From Parcubacteria group bacterium GW2011_GWA2_37_10 (lineage in GTDB: Bacteria; Patescibacteriota; Minisyncoccia; Minisyncoccales; Staskawiczbacteraceae), in contig LBSQ01000004.1 in the NCBI GenBank assembly GCA_000992015.1, positions 1 through 35,033 of the forward strand: 35,033 nt of DNA, given 5' to 3'. The notes beneath the pieces are model-generated. The model saw only the letters and a list, made by a program, of their open reading frames with translations, was not told the origin of the DNA and searched no databases. A program made the position numbers and the translations under genes. Positions 31,069-35,033 of this stretch are shown here, one piece after another. Every line of letters begins with the position of its first letter. Positions within the stretch are counted from its first letter, which is position 1.

Positions 31069-31595
31069 ACGACGAGATAGTAAATAGCGGACATTTTTTC
31101 AGCCCAAGCAAGGGGAATTTAAGTTTTGACCAAGTTATCAAAGAAATTAAGAGCTATATTCAGGAGCAACCTGATTTTTTTTATGATATTGTGGTGGGGT
31201 GCGATTCACCGTCTTCAGATAAACCATTTTTTCCAATTGCAATTGTGGTTTTGCGCACGGGAGCGGGCGGCAGATTTTTTCTAAAAAAAATGCAATATCC
31301 GGATAATTTTTTAAAAAGATTTGCCAACATAAATTGGAAAAATAGAATTTTGCAGGAAGTTTATTTGTCTTGCGAACTTGCCTTGTCTCTGCGTGAAACT
31401 TTAGAAAAAGAATTTGGACAAGCCACCTTAACCTTTAACTATCAATTTCAATATATTCACGCCGATGTGGGGGAGATTGGCAAAACAAAAGAAATGGTAA
31501 AAGAGGTGGTGGGCTTAATAAGAAGCAATGGTTTTGAAGCGCGCATAAAACCCCAGTCATTCGCCGCAACAGTAGTTGCAGACAGATATACATAA
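31065..31595 (+). CDS. YkuK-like RNase H-fold protein (DUF458 family)
   Basis: FFSPSKGNLSFDQVIKEIKSYI...YDIVVGCDS...HADVGE resembles the YkuK/DUF458 pattern as recalled from memory. ATGA overlap with tpiA. Confidence 0.6.
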   Translation: MNDEIVNSGHFFSPSKGNLSFDQVIKEIKSYIQEQPDFFYDIVVGCDSPSSDKPFFPIAIVVLRTGAGGRFFLKKMQYPDNFLKRFANINWKNRILQEVYLSCELALSLRETLEKEFGQATLTFNYQFQYIHADVGEIGKTKEMVKEVVGLIRSNGFEARIKPQSFAATVVADRYT

Positions 31596-31715
31596 CAAAT
31601 TTTTGCGCAACACCGGGTGTTACGCAATCTTGACTTTAGAAAAATAAAGTGCATGATAGAAACTAGTATCTCTCCCTTAACCTTTTTTGACCTTTGACAA
31701 AAAGGAGAAAACGTT

Positions 31716-32078
31716 ATGCCAGTGAGAACTATCATGATTTTTGGTTCACAAGAGGTTATGGCCCCTCTCGTCGAGCCGGGTGAGTTTTATCGTGGCAAAA
31801 GGGTGAACATCGAGGTAATCAAGGTGGCGACGGACCAAGACACCCCTTTGATTGTCCGCGAGGCTTTGGTGGGTCTCGTGATTTCTACCATCTTTGACTA
31901 TAAGCAAATGGGCAAAAAACTGGGAACTCCAGTTGGCTCCCGTTTGTCGTATGTCAAAGAGGTGGTTGAGACCCTTAAAGTCGCTGGAAAAACCGAGGTA
32001 GCTCAAGTCCTAGAGGCCATGAACAGCGGAGAGCTCGCCCTGTATAATTTCAACGAAGACGAGTTCGTTATATCTTGA
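31716..32078 (+). CDS. small hypothetical protein (120 aa), GC-rich cassette F; possible C-terminal LuxR/GerE-like HTH
   Basis: AAGGAG (31702-31707) lies 8 nt before the ATG. KQMGKKLGTPVGSRLSYVKEVVETLKVAGKTEVAQVLEAMNSG loosely fits the GerE-type HTH pattern (judged by eye only). Confidence 0.6.
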   Translation: MPVRTIMIFGSQEVMAPLVEPGEFYRGKRVNIEVIKVATDQDTPLIVREALVGLVISTIFDYKQMGKKLGTPVGSRLSYVKEVVETLKVAGKTEVAQVLEAMNSGELALYNFNEDEFVIS

Positions 32079-32145
32079 ACAGGACGAGTAGCGGCACTAT
32101 TTTCGGGGTGGCTAGGTTGGGTGTTATCACCCAATAATCAAATAC

Positions 32146-32182
32146 GACCCGCGCCTTTATAGGTGGGCGGGTCTCTTTTTTT
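32146..32182 (+). terminator. rho-independent terminator of cassette F
   Basis: GACCCGCgcctttataggtggGCGGGTC, then TC and TTTTTTT. Confidence 0.75.
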
Positions 32183-32199
32183 ACACAAAATACAGCAGT

Positions 32200-32227
32200 T
32201 TGAATAAATTTATTTTTATAGTATAAT
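32200..32227 (+). promoter_or_regulatory. candidate promoter of alaS; likely gives a leaderless mRNA
   Basis: TTGAAT - 16 nt - TATAAT. The ATG at 32234 starts 6 nt after the -10 box. Confidence 0.55.
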
Positions 32228-32233
32228 AATCTA

Positions 32234-34147
32234 ATGAAGTCGTCAGAACTGAGGACAAAGTATTTAAATTTTTTTGAAAAAAGGGGACACAAAATAATTC
32301 CCAGCGCTTCTTTGGTTCCGGAAAATGATTCTTCAACTTTATTTATTAGTTCTGGAATGCAGCCGTTGGTGCCGTATTTGTTGGGCGAGAAACATTCTCA
32401 AGGAAATAGGTTGGCTAATTCGCAAAAATCTTTGAGGACAGAAGATATTGATGAGGTGGGAGATAATCTTCACACAACATTTTTTGAGATGCTGGGGAAT
32501 TGGTCTTTGGGAGATTATTTCAAGGAAGAACAATTAAATTGGGTTTATGAATTTTTGATAGAAGAACTGAAGTTAGACGCGAAAAAATTGTATTGCACTG
32601 TTTTCAGAGGCGACGAAGAAATAGGAGTTCCAAAAGATGAAGAATCGGTGAATATTTTAAAGAAAATTTTTCAAAAGTATAAAATTGAAGCAAAGGATGT
32701 TGATTTTTCGGAAAAAAATGGAATGCAAAACGGAGAAATTTTTTATTATCCAGCCAATAAATGTTGGTGGTCAAGATCTGGCGCGCCAGAAAAGATGCCG
32801 TTAGGTGAGATTGGCGGATCTGATAGTGAAATTTTTTATGATTTGGGAGCAAAATTAAAAAGACATGAAAATTCTGAATTTAGAAATTTACCCTGTCACG
32901 TTAACTGCGATTGCGGAAGATTTGTTGAAATAGGAAATAGCGTTTTTATTGAATACAAAAAAACCGAAAAAGGTTTTGAGAAATTAAAACAGTGCAACGT
33001 TGACTTTGGTGGCGGACTAGAGAGAATGGTAATGGTTTCTGAAGGAAAAAATAACGTTTATGAGACAGATTTATTTTTACCAATTATACAAAAAATTGAG
33101 GAATTATCCGGCAAGAAATATCAAGGCTACAAAAAAGAATTTAGAATTATTGCAGACCATATCAAAGCCTCAACGTTTCTCTTGGCCTCTGGAATTGAGC
33201 CGTCTAATTTAGGCAGAGGATATATTTTGAGAAGATTGATCAGGAGAGCCATAAGATATGGAAAACAATTGGGAGTCGAAGAAAATTTTATTGTAAAAAT
33301 TTACCCTTCGGTTTTGGAAGTTTATGACGGTTTTTACTCTGAGATAGAGAGTAGCCGCGATTTTATTGTGCGACAATTTGAGATTGAGGAAGAAAAATTT
33401 GAAAAGACTTTGCAAACAGGACTTAGTGAGTTGCAAAAAATGTTTGACGGGATTAGGGCTCTGGATTTGATTACAAAAGATGTGATAACCGGTAAAGAAT
33501 TTTTTGATTTATTCCAGACGTATGGTTTTCCGGTGGAAATGAGTTTTGAAGAAATCGAGAGTATGGCGACGAAGGTAAACTATAATTTAGAAATAGATAA
33601 AGAAAAAATCGAGATAGAATTTGAAGAGGAATTTAAAAAACATCAGGAGTTGTCGCGGACAGCCAGCGCGGGAATGTTTAAAGGGGGATTGGCGGATAAT
33701 TCAGAACAAACTACAAAACTACATACAGCCGCGCACTTGATGTTGACCGGATTAAGGAAGGTTTTAGGGGACAATGTTGCGCAGAAAGGAAGCAATATAA
33801 CCTCTGAAAGACTGAGGTTTGATTTTTCGCACAAAGAGAAAATGACCAGTGGACAAATAGGGGATGTGGAAAATTTTGTAAATGGTATAATTAAAAAAGA
33901 CCTGCAGGTTTGGTTTAAGGAAATGTCTTTAAACGAAGCAAAAAAGATAAATGCTATGGGAGTTTTTGAGTCAAAATATGGCGAAAAAGTAAAAGTTTAT
34001 TTTGTGGGCAAAGGGGATGAAAACGTGAGCAGGGAAATTTGCGGAGGCCCTCATGTGGAAAGAACAGGAATTTTGGGGCATTTTAAAATTACTAAAGAAG
34101 AGAGTTCCTCGTCTGGAGTACGTAGAATAAAAGCTATACTTGAGTGA
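32234..34147 (+). CDS. alaS: alanine-tRNA ligase, short form (catalytic, tRNA-recognition and editing domains; no C-Ala domain)
   Basis: RTKYLNFFEKRGHKIIPSASLVP, FEMLGNWSLGDYFK, editing-site HTAAHLM and CGGPHV. 637 aa, against roughly 870 for full-length enzymes. Confidence 0.9.
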   Translation: MKSSELRTKYLNFFEKRGHKIIPSASLVPENDSSTLFISSGMQPLVPYLLGEKHSQGNRLANSQKSLRTEDIDEVGDNLHTTFFEMLGNWSLGDYFKEEQLNWVYEFLIEELKLDAKKLYCTVFRGDEEIGVPKDEESVNILKKIFQKYKIEAKDVDFSEKNGMQNGEIFYYPANKCWWSRSGAPEKMPLGEIGGSDSEIFYDLGAKLKRHENSEFRNLPCHVNCDCGRFVEIGNSVFIEYKKTEKGFEKLKQCNVDFGGGLERMVMVSEGKNNVYETDLFLPIIQKIEELSGKKYQGYKKEFRIIADHIKASTFLLASGIEPSNLGRGYILRRLIRRAIRYGKQLGVEENFIVKIYPSVLEVYDGFYSEIESSRDFIVRQFEIEEEKFEKTLQTGLSELQKMFDGIRALDLITKDVITGKEFFDLFQTYGFPVEMSFEEIESMATKVNYNLEIDKEKIEIEFEEEFKKHQELSRTASAGMFKGGLADNSEQTTKLHTAAHLMLTGLRKVLGDNVAQKGSNITSERLRFDFSHKEKMTSGQIGDVENFVNGIIKKDLQVWFKEMSLNEAKKINAMGVFESKYGEKVKVYFVGKGDENVSREICGGPHVERTGILGHFKITKEESSSSGVRRIKAILE

Positions 34148-34153
34148 AGCAAT

Positions 34154-34235
34154 GTTATCCTTCACTTTCAGGCAATGAACAATTTTTCTCAGCCTGAAGT
34201 TCAGGATGATTTTATTCGCTATGTTTATAAAATCA
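34154..34235 (+). repeat. R1 leader element, copy 6 (degenerate, with an internal insertion)
   Basis: ATCCTTCactttCAGG ... CTCAGCCTGAAGTTCAGGATGATTTTATTCGCTATGTTTATAAAATCA, followed by ATGGCA. Compare the consensus ...CTCAGGATGATTTACTCGCTTCGCTCATAAATC ATGGCA. Confidence 0.55.
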
Positions 34236-35033
34236 ATGGCAAAAAAAATATACGACATTAAGCCGCCCAAAATAGCTAAAAAAACAGAGGACGATATAAA
34301 GCCCTTTATTGATGGCGATAAAAAAAACCATATTAAAAAAGAACCTTTGAAAAAAGGCAGTAAAGATAACCGTCGGAGAAAAGAAAAGAAATTTCCGCTT
34401 GGAAAATTTTTGGCCGGGACGGGAATTTTGGTTGTTGTAATAGCCGTATATTTATTTTTTAAATTGCCCAGGGCAGATATACAAATTTGGCCGAAGACGG
34501 ATGTTTTGAGTTTTAAGGAGACAATAACTGCGGACAAAACAATTGATTCAAACGATTTAACCAACAAAGTTATTCTAGCTCTGTATTTGGAAGAAGAGAA
34601 AGATGGTTCACAAGATTTTCCTGCTACAGGGTCGGCTTCAAATGAAGGTAAAGCAACGGGCACAATAAAAATTTATAATAAATTTGATCCGCCTTCGTCA
34701 ATTACATTGAAGACAGGCACTCACTTTTTATCTGATTCCGGTAAATATTTTGTGACATTGCAAAAAATTGTAGTGCCGGCAGGGAAAAAACAAGGAGCAA
34801 AAATTACTCCAGGCCTAATAACCGTAAAAGTAGAAGCCGCAGAATCCGGGCCAGGTTATAATATAAAATCGGCCAAGTTTTCTGTGCCAAAATTATCGGG
34901 TACGCCATACTATTATAGTATTTATGCAGAATCGACAGAGGCAATGGCCGGCGGATATACAGGCAAGGTGAAAAAAATAACTGACGACGATATTCAGGGG
35001 GCAAAAGATGTTTTAACCAGAAAAATATTAGAT
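34236..35033 (+). CDS. membrane-anchored protein, N-terminal 266 aa (3' end outside the window); resembles the CPR family often annotated as baseplate J/gp47-like
   Basis: Missing from the track because it has no stop in the window. MAKKIYDIKPPK..., a basic stretch, TM helix GILVVVIAVYLFF, then ...SQDFPATGSASNEGKATGTIKIYNKF... The frame is open to 35033. Confidence 0.65.
   Translation, partial: MAKKIYDIKPPKIAKKTEDDIKPFIDGDKKNHIKKEPLKKGSKDNRRRKEKKFPLGKFLAGTGILVVVIAVYLFFKLPRADIQIWPKTDVLSFKETITADKTIDSNDLTNKVILALYLEEEKDGSQDFPATGSASNEGKATGTIKIYNKFDPPSSITLKTGTHFLSDSGKYFVTLQKIVVPAGKKQGAKITPGLITVKVEAAESGPGYNIKSAKFSVPKLSGTPYYYSIYAESTEAMAGGYTGKVKKITDDDIQGAKDVLTRKILD

Noticed and set aside
31605-31625. 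Hairpin GCGCAACACcggGTGTTACGC after the ykuK-like gene, as a terminator
   Set aside because: It has one mismatch and no downstream T-run on either strand. It may still be a weak structure, but the evidence is not sufficient to call a terminator.
33971-34663. 230-aa minus-strand ORF from the track
   Set aside because: It lies antisense to the alaS 3' end and to a much better plus-strand ORF (34236 to the window end) with a clear basic-TM-ectodomain architecture. Its sequence is low-complexity Phe/Ser/Lys-rich, typical of shadow ORFs in AT-rich DNA.
1-35033. Alternative genetic code (UGA as a sense codon, as in Gracilibacteria/Absconditabacteria)
   Set aside because: All conserved genes are full length without in-frame TGA, and TGA terminates adk, alaS and the kinase gene. 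The standard bacterial code fits.

Overview
This is a low-GC bacterial segment, most likely from a Candidate Phyla Radiation (Patescibacteria/Parcubacteria-like) genome. That placement is an inference from four things: uL30 is absent between rpsE and rplO, a GWINF-repeat surface protein is present, native genes lack Shine-Dalgarno (SD) motifs, and the genes are small and tightly packed.

Layout:
- 1-8521: envelope and surface genes, a histidine kinase/receiver pair, tRNA-Pro, rpmB and an M50 protease.
- 8615-28957: the str-S10-spc ribosomal superoperon, running rpsL, rpsG, fusA, tuf, rpsJ, rplC through rplO, then secY, adk and map.
- 28958-35033: tpiA, a ykuK-like gene, alaS and accessory genes.

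The core genes are ordinary. What sits between and inside them is not:
1. R1, a roughly 55-nt structured leader. It has a hairpin whose stem shows compensatory base changes between copies, plus a 7-codon mini-ORF. It ends exactly at the ATG of tuf, rplX, rpsN, rplO, secY and one further gene.
2. Six compact cassettes that are richer in GC and carry strong AAGGAG-type SD motifs, in a genome whose native genes have none. Most have their own promoter and terminator. Three lie antisense inside the str/S10 cluster.
3. A long palindromic repeat family (P, core ...TCATTGCGAGGAGC...CTCGCAATGAC). Copies lie between rplD/rplW and rplB/rpsS, and one replaces the normal 3' end of fusA.
4. GC-rich hairpin modules related to R1, inserted in frame in uL3, uL24, bL28, uL23 and uS10.
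5. An MNT-HEPN pair wedged between rplO and secY.
6. A PaaX/Cas2-fold gene bracketed by two copies of a 34-36-bp palindrome.
7. An atypical tRNA-like gene, with its own promoters and terminator, that splits rpsJ from rplC.

No rRNA, CRISPR array, transposase or integrase was seen. All calls were made by eye from the sequence and the ORF track. No database search was run.
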